Positions 1-14,311 are shown, counted from the stretch's first letter. The stretch is 64,000 nucleotides of DNA from Bacillota bacterium (GCA_012518215.1 JAAYSV010000024.1:2340-66339); one strand, 5' to 3'. Made by a program: numbers and translations. The notes: generated from the sequence alone by a model not told the origin.

Positions 1-4
1 CATC

Positions 5-844
5 TTATTTGTCTCCTTCCACGATATTATGTTTTTTCTGGTAAGCAACCTTGTTCTTCTCCGCGCTTTTTTCAAGGATAGGCCATAGCTTGATGACTGT
101 CTTCGGTGCATTCATCAATATTTTCGACATGATTCCCGAGGAATAAGGCACATATTGCTCGAGTTTCCGTGCCGTGATCGCCCGCAGCACCGCACGGGCA
201 ATATCTTCCGGTTTCTGCGGGGTGCTCAGGAAGGTGAGCGGCGAACCGCCATGGGCCGCTTCATAGCGCAACATCGGCGTATCTGTGGAATCGGGGAAAA
301 TGGTCGATACGGCAATGTTATGCTCCTCCAGTTCGAGCGCCAGGGTAAGATTGAGCCCGCGCAATGCAAATTTGGTGGCACAATATATGGAACTGAATGT
401 CTCCGGAACGATCCCCGCCATCGAGGATATGGTCACGATGTTCCCGCCACCACCTTTTACAAGTTTGGGAACAACCTCGCGCGTAGCGTAGATTGCCCCC
501 ATCAGATTGATAGCCACCTGTTTTTCAATATTCTCATAGCTACTGTCCACAAACTCCTCGGGAATGATTATGCCCGCATTGTTGACCAGGACATCAATTT
601 TGTTAAATCGCTTCTCCGCACGGGCAACGAGCTCAACAACATCTTCCCGCTTTGTAATATCACATTCAACCAGCAGCTTCCTGGAAAAACCCGCGGCAAC
701 CTTTTCCAATCCGGGAAAATCAATATCTGCCAGCACCAGGTTTGCACCGTGAGAATCCAGCAAAGCCGCCGTTGCCGTTCCGATACCCCCGGCTGCTCCG
801 GTTATTATGACGGTCTTGCCCTGCAATTTGTTATTTTTCATCAT
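5..844 (-). CDS. SDR family short-chain dehydrogenase/reductase
   Basis: N-terminal Rossmann glycine motif TGAAGGIG and overall SDR length and layout (279 aa); complete ORF. Confidence 0.8.
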   Translation of the reverse strand: MMKNNKLQGKTVIITGAAGGIGTATAALLDSHGANLVLADIDFPGLEKVAAGFSRKLLVECDITKREDVVELVARAEKRFNKIDVLVNNAGIIIPEEFVDSSYENIEKQVAINLMGAIYATREVVPKLVKGGGGNIVTISSMAGIVPETFSSIYCATKFALRGLNLTLALELEEHNIAVSTIFPDSTDTPMLRYEAAHGGSPLTFLSTPQKPEDIARAVLRAITARKLEQYVPYSSGIMSKILMNAPKTVIKLWPILEKSAEKNKVAYQKKHNIVEGDK

Positions 845-1698
845 TTCCCCTCCGCATGCAATCTTTTCTGCACCTTTTTGATTTGCGAATTGAGTACTGC
901 ATCAACAAGTGATGGTAAAACACGTTTGAGAAGCCACGTGAATTTCCCTTCCGTACCGGGGATGATCATTTCTTTTCCTTTTTTCAGCCCATCGATCAAC
1001 TGGGAGGCCACCTCATCCGGAGACATCAGCTTCGCCCCCTTGGAAGCTTCTTTCGTTTCTTCCGGTTTGGTCCTGTTTTCGGTTGCAAAACCGGGCGTAT
1101 CCGTATCCGGCGGGCAGAGCACCGCCACTTTGATCCCGTAACGGCGAAGCTCGCTGCGCAGCGCTTCGGAAAATCCGATCACCCCGAATTTTGAAGCGCT
1201 GTAGGCAGTATATCCAAAAATTCCTATGAACCCTGCCATGGAAGAAACATTTACAATGTACCCCTTTCCCCTTTTCATCATCGCCGGAACGAGCGCTGCG
1301 CAGGTATTCCAGATACCGTAAAGATTGGTTTTCATCGTCCCGTCAAATTCCTCATAGCTGATTTTTTCAAAGTATTGCGGGTATGCCCTGCCGGCACAGT
1401 TGATCAACAGATCGGGGGCACCGAATTCCTCGAGCGCTCCCGACATCACCCTGAAAACATCATCATGATTGCCCACATCAATTTGCCTTGAAGACACTCG
1501 TTGCGCCTCGGAAGCTCGCTTCGATCCGATCTCCGCCACCGCCGCCTTCAAACGTTCCTCATTGCGCGCAAAGATCATAACATCTGCACCCCGTGCCGCC
1601 AGCTGCTTTGCCGACGACAATCCGATACCGCTTGAACCCCCAGTGATATATACGTTTTTGCCTTTGAAAGAAGTTTCCATACCTTGCCCCCATTTCAT
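841..1698 (-). CDS. SDR family oxidoreductase (3-ketoacyl reductase-like)
   Basis: TGGSSGIG NAD(P)-binding motif near N-terminus and YxxxK-type SDR architecture; 4-bp overlap with downstream SDR gene suggests an operon. Confidence 0.8.
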   Translation of the reverse strand: MKWGQGMETSFKGKNVYITGGSSGIGLSSAKQLAARGADVMIFARNEERLKAAVAEIGSKRASEAQRVSSRQIDVGNHDDVFRVMSGALEEFGAPDLLINCAGRAYPQYFEKISYEEFDGTMKTNLYGIWNTCAALVPAMMKRGKGYIVNVSSMAGFIGIFGYTAYSASKFGVIGFSEALRSELRRYGIKVAVLCPPDTDTPGFATENRTKPEETKEASKGAKLMSPDEVASQLIDGLKKGKEMIIPGTEGKFTWLLKRVLPSLVDAVLNSQIKKVQKRLHAEGK

Positions 1699-1898
1699 CG
1701 GTATTATGTAACGGATACAGAACGCACAGAGAAAGTTGCTCCGGATACTTGTATTATATAACAGGAAAAAAGAAACCGGAAATCCGATTTGCTCGCGAGC
1801 AATGGCAATTCATTCCATCCGGGAACCTTCCGCAAAACAAGGCGACAACTTCAGGATATTGTTAAAAACATTCCATTTGGAAACAACCGTCAATGCAG

Positions 1899-3266
1899 CT
1901 ATTCACCCATCATCGTGACCAGCACATCCGTATCGGCAAGGTTTATACACTTTGAAACGATCGAAGTCCTGACCACGGGTTTTCCCTTGCTGTCAATAAA
2001 AACGTCTTGCGGATCAAAGCGCCCGTAAGAACAGGTCACGATCATTCCATCATCAAGGACGACATTTCCGCAATAGCCCGTATCGGCATTGGCCGCCATC
2101 GCGGGAACTTCCTGGCCATCCAGATACGTATGAGCTATCTTGATGCGATACTGCCCCTCCGTTCCCTCCTTGAGGTCTTCGTAGGTACCCACCCAGGCAA
2201 CCCAGCCTTCGCTGTACCAGTTGCTTTTCTTTTTCCCTTCTGCATACCTTTCAAGTTTCTCCGGGGCACGTTCTATCGAACGAAAGGTGATAAAGAGACG
2301 CCCATCCTTGGTATAGACCGCCTTGTGGCGCTCACCATTGAGCGCGGCCGGAACCTCCTGCGGCACGGACCAGGTTTCCCCTTCATCCTGTGAAAATGAC
2401 ACGAGCGAGTTGTTATTCTTGCGGCCATGCTTTCCGTTACTTCTGGCTATGAGGCAGAGCTCGTCCCCTTGCCCGCCATCGGAGCGGATGACCTCCACCT
2501 CACACATGGCTGCCTGTTTTTCGATATTGCGGAATTCGCCGAAATAGGGGCAAGGTTCACTCCATTGCATCCTTCCGTTTTCATCAAAAGACAGCACTGT
2601 CCTGTAATTGATAAAATTCCGGTCATGGAAAAGCCCCATCCATTTATCCACAAACTCCCCGTCCTCTTTAAGCCTGGTCAGCGAGGCCATGGCCACGATC
2701 GGCACAACCTTCCTGGAACTGGAATGGTCGTAAAACAGTTCAAACTCCGACCAACTCTGTCCTTCATTTTCCGATATGGAGCAGTTGAACCCACCTTCTG
2801 TGGACTCGCGCGGCCATTTGGGGTTCCCGGAGATCATGATCAACCTGTCCGTTGCCCGCTCATCGGAAAACTCCAAACGATAGACGGTGGGGGTTTCACG
2901 CGAGCCCACCCACGACCCGGGAGTTTTCCCCGGGCCATCTTTCCATGTTTTGCCCCCATCCGTGCTGATCCTGGTCCGAACAGGCCCCTTGCCATGACCC
3001 TCCGGGTACATGGTCAAAATATCACCGTTCTCGAGCAGTACACTGTCTGGATGCCCGAGATAATCACCGGAATTGTCGACGATCACGTTCTCGAAAAGGT
3101 AATCATATCGGGGATGCAGGTCATCGGGCCTCTGGCTCAGGTCAAGCTGGGGAATGGTATAGTCCTCTCCCGTCATGGCCCGGCTGGAATCGCAGGCAGC
3201 AATGAATACAAGCAAAAAAAAGACCATGAATAAAAATCCGACCGACATCGATCTATTTACTTTCAA
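1899..3266 (-). CDS. BNR/Asp-box repeat sialidase-like (GH33-like) lipoprotein
   Basis: Signal peptide with lipobox (LVFIAAC); three Asp-box motifs (STDGGKTW, SENEGQSW, SQDEGETW) typical of sialidase/BNR beta-propellers. Confidence 0.6.
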   Translation of the reverse strand: MKVNRSMSVGFLFMVFFLLVFIAACDSSRAMTGEDYTIPQLDLSQRPDDLHPRYDYLFENVIVDNSGDYLGHPDSVLLENGDILTMYPEGHGKGPVRTRISTDGGKTWKDGPGKTPGSWVGSRETPTVYRLEFSDERATDRLIMISGNPKWPRESTEGGFNCSISENEGQSWSEFELFYDHSSSRKVVPIVAMASLTRLKEDGEFVDKWMGLFHDRNFINYRTVLSFDENGRMQWSEPCPYFGEFRNIEKQAAMCEVEVIRSDGGQGDELCLIARSNGKHGRKNNNSLVSFSQDEGETWSVPQEVPAALNGERHKAVYTKDGRLFITFRSIERAPEKLERYAEGKKKSNWYSEGWVAWVGTYEDLKEGTEGQYRIKIAHTYLDGQEVPAMAANADTGYCGNVVLDDGMIVTCSYGRFDPQDVFIDSKGKPVVRTSIVSKCINLADTDVLVTMMGE

Positions 3267-4737
3267 CAGAATTACCCCTGCTTTCGCTTTGAAAATTCAT
3301 GATCAGGTACTTGTAAAACTTGACGCTGTCGCCAAGAGCCTTGATAAATATATTTTCATTTATGCCATGTGTGGAATTCAGCTGTTGCTGGTTCATGCGT
3401 ATGGGGCTGAAGCGGATAGCGTTCTCCGAAACGGCCGTATAGAAACGGCAATCTGTCCCCCCCATCAGTATATAGGGAACAACCCCCAGATCGGGGAAAC
3501 ATCTGGCAATGCTCTCTTCAAGTTGTTTGTACACCATGCCCCCGGTGTCAACCTTGGGTGAAGCATTGCGTTTTTCAAGTATGGTATGCCGAAGATCGTA
3601 TTTGCGAGCAATTTTATTCAGCACAGCCAGTGATTCATCGGCATCCTGATGATCACATACACGCAGATTGGCCGTAACATGAGCTTCCTTGGGGATCACA
3701 TTGGGTGCATCGCTTCCTTTGCACATGGTAAATGCACATGTGGTGGAAATGAAAGCTAGGGCCTGTGCCGAAGCCAGGGGCAACACCACTTTTACCAGGG
3801 GTTTGAACAACCACATATTGCCCACCACCAGGCGCAAAGGAAATATCAGATCGGGAGCCATCTTCTTGAACATTTCCAGAACCTCGGGTGCAAACTGCTT
3901 CTTGAATGGTTTTTTCTTGCTCACCCTGGTAACGAAAGCGGCTATCCGCTCCAGTGGCGTATTGCGAGGTGGTGCACTGGAATGCCCCCCCTTCCCCGAA
4001 GCAGTGAAGGTTACGTCCACATACCCCTTCTCCATGATACCGATCACCGCCAGGGGGCGTTTCAGTCCGGGGAAAACATTCTCCACGATGGCTCCTCCCT
4101 CGTCCATGACCAGTGCACATTCCACGCCCTTGCTTTTCAGGTAATCGACCGTGTCCGGCGCACCAGTGCCCGAAATTTCCTCATCCGTGGAAGCGGCAAG
4201 ATAAACATCAAAGTCCGGCTGGAACCCCTCGGCAAGGAGCTCCTCAACCGCTTGAAATTCTGAATAAACCGTGCACTTGCAATCCAGCGACCCACGGCCG
4301 TAAATTCGTCCGTCAACCTGCTGCCCGGAAAAAGCAGGATAGTCCCACCCTTCATCCGAAGCCGGAACCACATCCTGATGCCCCATCAACACGATCGGTT
4401 TCAACGAAGCATCACGGCCCTTCCATTTAAACAGAAGATTGCCGTTCAGATCGATCTTCTCCAGATTCTGGTGAACAAGGGGAAAAAGCTCCTCCATGCA
4501 CCTGTGCAACCTGTAAAATTCGGTCAGGTCTTCGGGGGAAGAGACAGTGGGTATCTGCACCATCTTCGACAGGCCATCGGCATAGTGTGCCAGTTCCGAC
4601 TCGGTCACCCCTATGGCCGGGCGCTGTTCACCCTGCGTTTTTTTCAGACCGATCCTGATGGTATTGATAACAGCAACAATTATCAGTCCTGCCAGAACTC
4701 CCAGCAAGAACAACAGAATATCAATGTAAGAGGGCAT
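3253..4737 (-). CDS. M20 family metallopeptidase (membrane-anchored)
   Basis: N-terminal TM helix; HQDVVP motif and DCK region characteristic of M20/M25/M40 peptidases (carboxypeptidase G2 / ArgE/DapE-like). Confidence 0.7.
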   Translation of the reverse strand: MPSYIDILLFLLGVLAGLIIVAVINTIRIGLKKTQGEQRPAIGVTESELAHYADGLSKMVQIPTVSSPEDLTEFYRLHRCMEELFPLVHQNLEKIDLNGNLLFKWKGRDASLKPIVLMGHQDVVPASDEGWDYPAFSGQQVDGRIYGRGSLDCKCTVYSEFQAVEELLAEGFQPDFDVYLAASTDEEISGTGAPDTVDYLKSKGVECALVMDEGGAIVENVFPGLKRPLAVIGIMEKGYVDVTFTASGKGGHSSAPPRNTPLERIAAFVTRVSKKKPFKKQFAPEVLEMFKKMAPDLIFPLRLVVGNMWLFKPLVKVVLPLASAQALAFISTTCAFTMCKGSDAPNVIPKEAHVTANLRVCDHQDADESLAVLNKIARKYDLRHTILEKRNASPKVDTGGMVYKQLEESIARCFPDLGVVPYILMGGTDCRFYTAVSENAIRFSPIRMNQQQLNSTHGINENIFIKALGDSVKFYKYLIMNFQSESRGNSVESK

Positions 4738-4754
4738 CTTCGATCATATCCTTT

Positions 4755-6701
4755 TCAAGTATTTTTGTAATCCGGCGGCAACCGTTTGGATCTTACCTCA
4801 TCGTGCAAATCCCGGACAAAATCATCCACCTCCACCACCCCCAGATCGCCTTTCCGGCGGTGTCTCAAAGCCGCCTTCCCTGTTTCCACCTCTCTGGGGC
4901 CGATAACCAGCATGTAAGGTATTTTCTTCAGCTGCGCTTCACGGATCTTGTAGCCCAATTTCTCATTGCGACCGTCAACCTCCACACGGAATCCTTCCTT
5001 CTTTAACAGTTCTCCCAGGGAAAAAGCGTTTTCATACTGATTCTCGGTCAGGGGCAGAACAACAACCTGCAGGGGCGCCAACCAGGTCGGGAAAGCACCT
5101 CCATAATGCTCGATCAACAGAGCGATAAAACGTTCCATGGCTCCGTAGACGACGCGATGTATCATCACCGGCCTGTGTTTCTGGCCATCTTTACCGATAT
5201 AGGTCAGGTCAAACCTTTCCGGCATCTGAAAATCAAGTTGAACCGTGCCGCATTGCCATGATCTACCCAGGCAGTCACGAAGATGGAAATCTATCTTGGG
5301 CCCGTAAAAAGCGCCCTCCCCCTCGCTGATCATGAAATTGCTTTTTCTTTTTTCCAGGACACGTTTCAAAATTGTCGTCGCCTTCTCCCAGTCCTCGGAG
5401 GAACCCATCGCTTTTTCGGGGCGGGTGCTCAATTCCACCCTGTAGTCGAAACCAAAAACGCGATACATGCGGTCAATCATATCGATGATGCCATCGACTT
5501 CCGCCTCGATCTGCTCGGGAAGCATGAAAAGATGGGCATCATCCTGTGTGAATGTCCTGACTCTCATCAAACCGTGCAACGTACCCGAAAGTTCATGGCG
5601 ATGTACCTGGCCCAACTCGGCAATGCGCAGGGGGAGATCCCGGTAGCTGTGCCGGTGCGAAAGATAGATCAACATCGCCCCCGGGCAATTCATCGGCTTG
5701 ATGGCGAATTCCCTTTCGTCTATCTCCGAAAAATACATGTTTTCACGATAATGATCCCAGTGGCCCGAACGCTTCCAGAGTTCGCAGTCCAGAACCAGCG
5801 GTGTCTTGATTTCCTGATAACCGCCGCGCACATGTTCCTCACGCCAGTAATTTTCCAGCTCATGCCAGATGATCAGGCCTCTGGGGTGGAAAAAGGGAAA
5901 ACCCGGGGCCTCCTCGTGCAGGCTGAAAAGATCCAGCTCGCGGCCAAGCTTGCGATGATCTCTTTTTTTGGCCTCTTCAAGAAGTTCCAGATAATCCGCA
6001 AGCAACTGTTTGGTAGGAAAAGAAACGCCGTAGATACGCTGCAGCATCGGGTTCCTTTCACTGCCCCTCCAGTAAGCCCCGGCCAACCCGGTCAACTTGA
6101 AAGCCTTCAGGCGCCCCGTGGAAAGCAGATGAGGGCCTGTGCACAGATCCATGAAATCACCCTGGCGGTAAAAAGTAATTTTTTCATCTTCGGGCAAGTC
6201 CCTGATCAATTCAAGCTTGTAGGGCTCATCCTTCTCCCGAAAATATTTTTCGGCCTCCTGGCGATCCATCTCCATCTTCTCCAGGAAAAGATTTTCTTTG
6301 ACAATCTTCTTCATCTCCGCTTCAATGGCTTCCAGATCTTCCATGGAGATAGGTTCGGGGAATTCAAAATCATAATAAAAACCATTTTCAATGGCCGGGC
6401 CAATACCCAACCTTGCCCCGGGGTAAAGACGCTTGACGGCTTGGGCAAGAACATGACTGGTGGTATGCCAGTAAATCTTTGCGCCCTCGTTGTCCTCGAA
6501 AGAAAGAAATTTGATATTCACCGGTTCATCGATCGAAAAAAAGAGATCTCTGGGACGATCATTCACAACCGCGGCAATGGCCGCCGGGGCATTTTGCGGT
6601 TGAACTTTCTGCCATATTTCCTTGAGCGAAGTGCCCTTTTTACATCTGTGTCCCCCGAATCTATCGATTTCGATGTCAATGTTGATGCGTTTATCAGGCA
6701 A
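4755..6701 (-). CDS. thrS: threonine--tRNA ligase
   Basis: 648 aa; N-terminal TGS-like region, class II aaRS core (HRDLGRELDLF.., FRxE-like motifs) and C-terminal anticodon-binding domain with the typical ThrRS layout. Confidence 0.9.
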   Translation of the reverse strand: MPDKRINIDIEIDRFGGHRCKKGTSLKEIWQKVQPQNAPAAIAAVVNDRPRDLFFSIDEPVNIKFLSFEDNEGAKIYWHTTSHVLAQAVKRLYPGARLGIGPAIENGFYYDFEFPEPISMEDLEAIEAEMKKIVKENLFLEKMEMDRQEAEKYFREKDEPYKLELIRDLPEDEKITFYRQGDFMDLCTGPHLLSTGRLKAFKLTGLAGAYWRGSERNPMLQRIYGVSFPTKQLLADYLELLEEAKKRDHRKLGRELDLFSLHEEAPGFPFFHPRGLIIWHELENYWREEHVRGGYQEIKTPLVLDCELWKRSGHWDHYRENMYFSEIDEREFAIKPMNCPGAMLIYLSHRHSYRDLPLRIAELGQVHRHELSGTLHGLMRVRTFTQDDAHLFMLPEQIEAEVDGIIDMIDRMYRVFGFDYRVELSTRPEKAMGSSEDWEKATTILKRVLEKRKSNFMISEGEGAFYGPKIDFHLRDCLGRSWQCGTVQLDFQMPERFDLTYIGKDGQKHRPVMIHRVVYGAMERFIALLIEHYGGAFPTWLAPLQVVVLPLTENQYENAFSLGELLKKEGFRVEVDGRNEKLGYKIREAQLKKIPYMLVIGPREVETGKAALRHRRKGDLGVVEVDDFVRDLHDEVRSKRLPPDYKNT

Positions 6702-6946
6702 TCTCTATACATCCCCATTCTGCAAGTATTGTATTTACCTTATAATGCCATGCCGAACAATATGGTACCAACATCTAATAATATTCGCATCATGATCAAT
6801 ATTTCCTGCCTTCAAGGATTACTTCCGGGCTGGAAGTTCCGGCATACCGACATCCTCCGCCTTCAAACCGCCGTCGGCCACCACATTGCCCGGGAGATGA
6901 AATTTCAAGGACAGGAAGTTTTCACTGCACCTGCATGATCGAACGC

Positions 6947-7927
6947 TCACGTTTGCAGTTCGACAATATCCCTGTCATGTAAAATATAATCCCGGGAGAC
7001 GGGTTGCCCCTCGTACCTTGACGAGCCCCAGACAAGGGCATTTTTCAGGTTCCGGGTAAAATCTTTGTGGATCCCTTCCGCAAAATCAATCACCGTGCTG
7101 CCTTTTTTCAAGATAAAGGGACGATCCATATCGGCAGGCCGCCCCGAAGCCTTGCCATAGACGCGGATAATATTCATTGTTTTGAAAATGTCCTCCTTCA
7201 GCTCCGCCAGTCCTTCTCCCTCCGTGGAGACACCACGGATGGCCAGTTCCGGCTTGAACTCACGCAACAACTGCAAATTATCGGATGCGCCATGAACATC
7301 AAGCTTTGAAGCCACAACCATGAAAGGCTGCGGCGCAATAAATTCTCCTTCCTCGGAGAGGTCAATAACCTGTTTTTCCTGTAAAATGGAAAGTGTACCC
7401 TCGTACTGCTCCAGGCAATCGTCGGACGAAGCATCGACAAGAAGAATGAGTGCATCGGCTTCACGAATCGTTCCCAGAAAACCTGTGGGAATATTGTCCG
7501 CAGTTATGGGAGGACCGTCGACAAGCTGTATATAGATATCCTCGTAGGGCATCATTCCCGATAATGGCAAGGTGGTCGTGTAGGGGTAATCGGCAACCTT
7601 CGGCCTGGCTCTGGAAAGGGCTCCCAGGAGAGCCGATTTGCCGGTGTTGGGATATCCAACCAGCACGATCTGGCCGCCTCCTTGCTTGTCCACATTGAAG
7701 GGGTTGTAAACTTTCGCCTGTTTTTTCTTGCCTTTCTCCTCCCGCAGCCGTGCCAGGCGGCTCTTGATATCGGCCTGCAGTTTCTCCGTTCCCTTGTGCT
7801 TGGGAATTGTGGCCAGCATCTCCCTCAGTGCAGCAATCTTTTCTGCAGAGGTTTTTGCTTTTTTGTATGCTTCCTCCGCCGAATGATACTGTGGTGTAAG
7901 GTTGGCCGGCATAAAACAACACCCCAT
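6947..7927 (-). CDS. OBG-type (Drg/Rbg-like) GTP-binding protein with C-terminal TGS domain
   Basis: P-loop GYPNTGKSALL, helical N-terminal region resembling Drg proteins, C-terminal TGS-like segment (IRVYGK...ILHDRDIVEL). Confidence 0.7.
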   Translation of the reverse strand: MGCCFMPANLTPQYHSAEEAYKKAKTSAEKIAALREMLATIPKHKGTEKLQADIKSRLARLREEKGKKKQAKVYNPFNVDKQGGGQIVLVGYPNTGKSALLGALSRARPKVADYPYTTTLPLSGMMPYEDIYIQLVDGPPITADNIPTGFLGTIREADALILLVDASSDDCLEQYEGTLSILQEKQVIDLSEEGEFIAPQPFMVVASKLDVHGASDNLQLLREFKPELAIRGVSTEGEGLAELKEDIFKTMNIIRVYGKASGRPADMDRPFILKKGSTVIDFAEGIHKDFTRNLKNALVWGSSRYEGQPVSRDYILHDRDIVELQT

Positions 7928-8333
7928 TCATGATTTGAAGAAGTCCGTGACTCAAGCAAACCCGTCTGAAACAAGTTGCGGCCCTGGCAAGCAGGAAAAG
8001 CTATCTTGGTAAAATGTGCGTTTTATTTTTCTGAAGCCCCCTGAAACAGAATATAACAAAATATGATTGTATAGTAAAGTACAGGAAAAACTCTTTCCCC
8101 CATGTGGAACCCTTTTCATCACCCCTTTCCACCTCTCATCCCGGGCTTTCCCTCACTCATTCCGACCGCCACATGCAACGAGGAATCCTGAGTGAAGCGA
8201 ACGAAACATCGGGTACAATGGAGAGCGGCATGATTTCCACCCCGTATTCACGCGTCGGGGGAGGCAGCAAGGGGCCAACCTGATGCAAATCCCCCGTCGG
8301 CAGCTGTTTGACAGTGATATGGACAGCTGCTAA

Positions 8334-11561
<3,228 letters not shown>

Positions 11562-11676
11562 TGGCTACGGCCGTTCACAGGAAAATGTACGGATCGGAAA
11601 ATCCGGTTGCAAGCCATCTTTCCAGCAAATAAAACAGATACAGCGGTGGAAATATACCCACCGCTGTATCTGTTGA

Positions 11677-11751
11677 TGGTGCGCCCGGGAGGTTTTGAAC
11701 CTCCGACCTCCTGCGTGTCAAGCAGGCACTCTCCCCCTGAGCTACAGGCGC
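11677..11751 (-). tRNA. tRNA-Val (anticodon GAC)
   Basis: Reverse complement folds as cloverleaf: acceptor GCGCCTG/CGGGCGC, anticodon stem CCTGC/GCAGG with loop TTGACAC, T-arm GGTTCAAAACC, encoded CCA. Confidence 0.85.
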
Positions 11752-12604
11752 AACTATGCCTCTCGCCAACCATTTTAGCATTTACCGCTTGATGATGTCA
11801 ATCGATTCAGGAAAGCCTTTTTGGGTCCACATCGTAATCAAACCGGTGTCGGCCCGGGAACCCTGTTCTCCAGAGCAAGCCTTTTCGGTACAACCAAAGA
11901 ATCCCGGCCATGACATAATATATTGGCAAAACAACCTCTACCTTCCCTACCGAAAGTCCAATCTTCAATGAACAAAAATTGCTACATCGATCACAAAACC
12001 CAACAAGATAGCCAATCAAAATTCAACGTACATTACTTCCTGCCCTTCTTTTGCACGTAATACTTCCCGATCAGAAGGTCCAATTCCCTGCTTGTTCCCA
12101 GCATACCCCGATCCGTAAAGGTACTTTTTTCCTTCATACTGTACAATTCTTTCCTCTTCTTTTCGATGTCGGCAAACAATCTGAAGGACAAGGCTCCATC
12201 ACACCTTTTCATGAAAAAATCTTTTCATTATCTGTATGCCCCGTTTGCAGACAGTATTAACGAATAATTTTGTCGGCATGAAAACATCCATCTCTTAAAC
12301 AACCACTACCATCAAAATCTTTATAAATTTGTTACCACAGATCCCGGTCCGTTCCCGATGTGAGCATGTCTGTTGCTCAACACCAACTGATCTGGCCATC
12401 CTTGTTCGGGTCCGCTTTCCACGGGCCTCGACAAGATATATTCTTGTTACCAATATTTTCACCGTCCTGTAACTTTCCTTAACTCACGGTGGGGCACATC
12501 TGATACGAGTGTATGCTCATCGGGTGAGTATGTCAACCCCTTTTACTGATATTGTTAGTAATTATTTTTTTATACTATTGCGCATAGTATAATCAACGAG
12601 GGAG

Positions 12605-12964
12605 GTGCTTGCTACGCTTGGGAAACGTTTAAAATCACTTAGAGAAAACAAGGGGTTAACGCAAAGAGAGTTGGCAGAGTTGGTAAATCTGTCTCAGCAA
12701 ACCATTGGTCATTACGAGGTTGGCCGTGCAAAACCTGATATCGAAACCTTGCAAAAATTTGCCGACATTTTCAACTGCTCGGTTGACTATATTCTCAACC
12801 GTAGCGATGACCCCCGCCCCCCCGCCGCTCCCGCCTCCTACCTCCAGGACGCACCCCTCACCTTCATGGTCAACACGGAAGGCCTGGACTGGAAAGAGTT
12901 GGAGAGAATCATAAACAGGGCCATAAATAAAGCGTTGGATGAGAGGTGGAAAAAACAAAGTTGA
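12605..12964 (+). CDS. XRE-family helix-turn-helix transcriptional regulator
   Basis: N-terminal HTH_3-type motif (LKSLRENKGLTQRELAELVNLSQQTIGHYEVG) followed by proline-rich linker and short C-terminal domain. Confidence 0.7.
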   Translation: MLATLGKRLKSLRENKGLTQRELAELVNLSQQTIGHYEVGRAKPDIETLQKFADIFNCSVDYILNRSDDPRPPAAPASYLQDAPLTFMVNTEGLDWKELERIINRAINKALDERWKKQS

Positions 12965-13310
12965 GCCGATCATTGAAATTGGAATTAAACTTTATAACGC
13001 AGTTTTGCAAGTCTCCCTCTCGCAATTATGAAAATTGCAAGCTCCTTTGGCGCCATTTGCCCGATAATTCCCGGATGATACTTCAACCAGATTGAACCTG
13101 ATTTCAATGACTTCGAATATGACTACAAAAATGTTCTGCACCTGGGGGAATTGATTTCCAGATGTAAAACCATCGGTATATTCATCAACGGACAGAAAAT
13201 TGATTTTCATCTTTCCAGGTTCCATTATGATGGCATATTCCGCTCCTAAAAAGCGCGAAAAAGATCAAATATGGCATAAAAACTTACATCTCGCCGAATA
13301 ACCCCTATCG

Positions 13311-13994
13311 TCAAAATCTGTATATATCAATAAAAGAGTCAAATCCAGCCCTGTTCAATTCCGCCTGACGGCGTTCGGCGTTTTTCCGCTCCATGAAAGA
13401 ACCGGCAATAACGCGATAGAATGTTTTTTTCTGCGGTGTTTTGTCCGCTTTGGGCAGACCGAGGGCCGTGGCTATCCCCCGGGCCATTCCGGCTGCCAGA
13501 GCCTTCTGAAATGCGGCATCTTTCAGCAGCCGTGCATCTTCCGCATTATCCACAAAACCATTTTCCACCAACATTGCCGCCATCTTTGTTTCTCGCAGGA
13601 GATAAAAGTTGGCTCTTTTTTTCCCCCGATCCGGTCGCCCCGCCCCTGTCCATACCCCGGCAACAAAGGGGTGAATCCTGTCCCGGGCAACGATAGTTTC
13701 CTGTGGAACCCTGCCCGAGTAGATAAAATCCTCGTAGCCGCTTCCACCACCGGCGTTGGAATGTAACGCCAGAAAAAAATCCGCTCCCCAGCGGTTGGCC
13801 ATCCCGGCCCTTTCCGCAAGCGAAAGACTCAAGTCGTTTTCCCTGGTAAGACGCACCTCGCAGATGTAATCTTCAACCAGCCTGGTTCTCAACAGAATTC
13901 CCAGTTGCAAATTGATAACCTTCTCCTCCAGATACCCCACTGCCCCGGGATCCTTCCCCCCATGTCCCGGATCCAAAACGATTTTCCTGGTCAT
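13311..13994 (-). CDS. N-acetylmuramoyl-L-alanine amidase (Amidase_3) with C-terminal SPOR domain
   Basis: LDPGHGGKDPGA N-terminal amidase_3 signature; C-terminal FYRVIAGSF...ELNRAGFDSFI resembles SPOR peptidoglycan-binding domain. Confidence 0.75.
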   Translation of the reverse strand: MTRKIVLDPGHGGKDPGAVGYLEEKVINLQLGILLRTRLVEDYICEVRLTRENDLSLSLAERAGMANRWGADFFLALHSNAGGGSGYEDFIYSGRVPQETIVARDRIHPFVAGVWTGAGRPDRGKKRANFYLLRETKMAAMLVENGFVDNAEDARLLKDAAFQKALAAGMARGIATALGLPKADKTPQKKTFYRVIAGSFMERKNAERRQAELNRAGFDSFIDIYRF

Positions 13995-14221
13995 ATTTAT
14001 TCCCCTTTCCCTCTTTACTGATCAATACAAAATACCTCCGGCGCCTGCCTATTAATCATTAGATGCCTGAACCCTGAAAAAGGGGACAAATATTTGGGAT
14101 TTGACAGAAGAACTAGATATAAAAATAGTTTCCGGCGGGGAGTTTCCTTGACAGCAAAATCAACGAACAAGAAAGTACCGTGAAAAGACGAAAAATGCGG
14201 CCAGGGTGATAGCCATAAAAA

Positions 14222-14311
14222 TGGTGCCGGGGACCGGACTCGAACCGGTACAGGTATTGCATACCCGAGGGATTTTAAGTCCCTTGCGTCTGCCTGTTCC
14301 GCCACCCCGGC
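14222..14311 (-). tRNA. tRNA-Leu (anticodon TAA), type II long variable arm
   Basis: Reverse complement: acceptor GCCGGGG/CCCCGGC, anticodon stem AGGGA/TCCCT loop CTTAAAA, long variable arm, T-loop GGTTCGAGTCC, CCA encoded. Confidence 0.8.

Noticed and set aside
5283-6938. 551-aa ORF on the plus strand
   Set aside because: Entirely antisense to thrS, whose product is unambiguously a threonyl-tRNA synthetase. The plus-strand ORF has low-complexity, Arg/His-rich composition typical of shadow ORFs in GC-biased third positions.
6702-6946. Possible T-box leader upstream of thrS
   Set aside because: The 245-bp upstream region lacks the AGGGTGGNACCGCG T-box consensus on the relevant strand and is short for a T-box riboswitch.
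14015-14305. 96-aa ORF
   Set aside because: Overlaps tRNA-Leu and the promoter region of the tRNA cluster; composition-driven spurious ORF.
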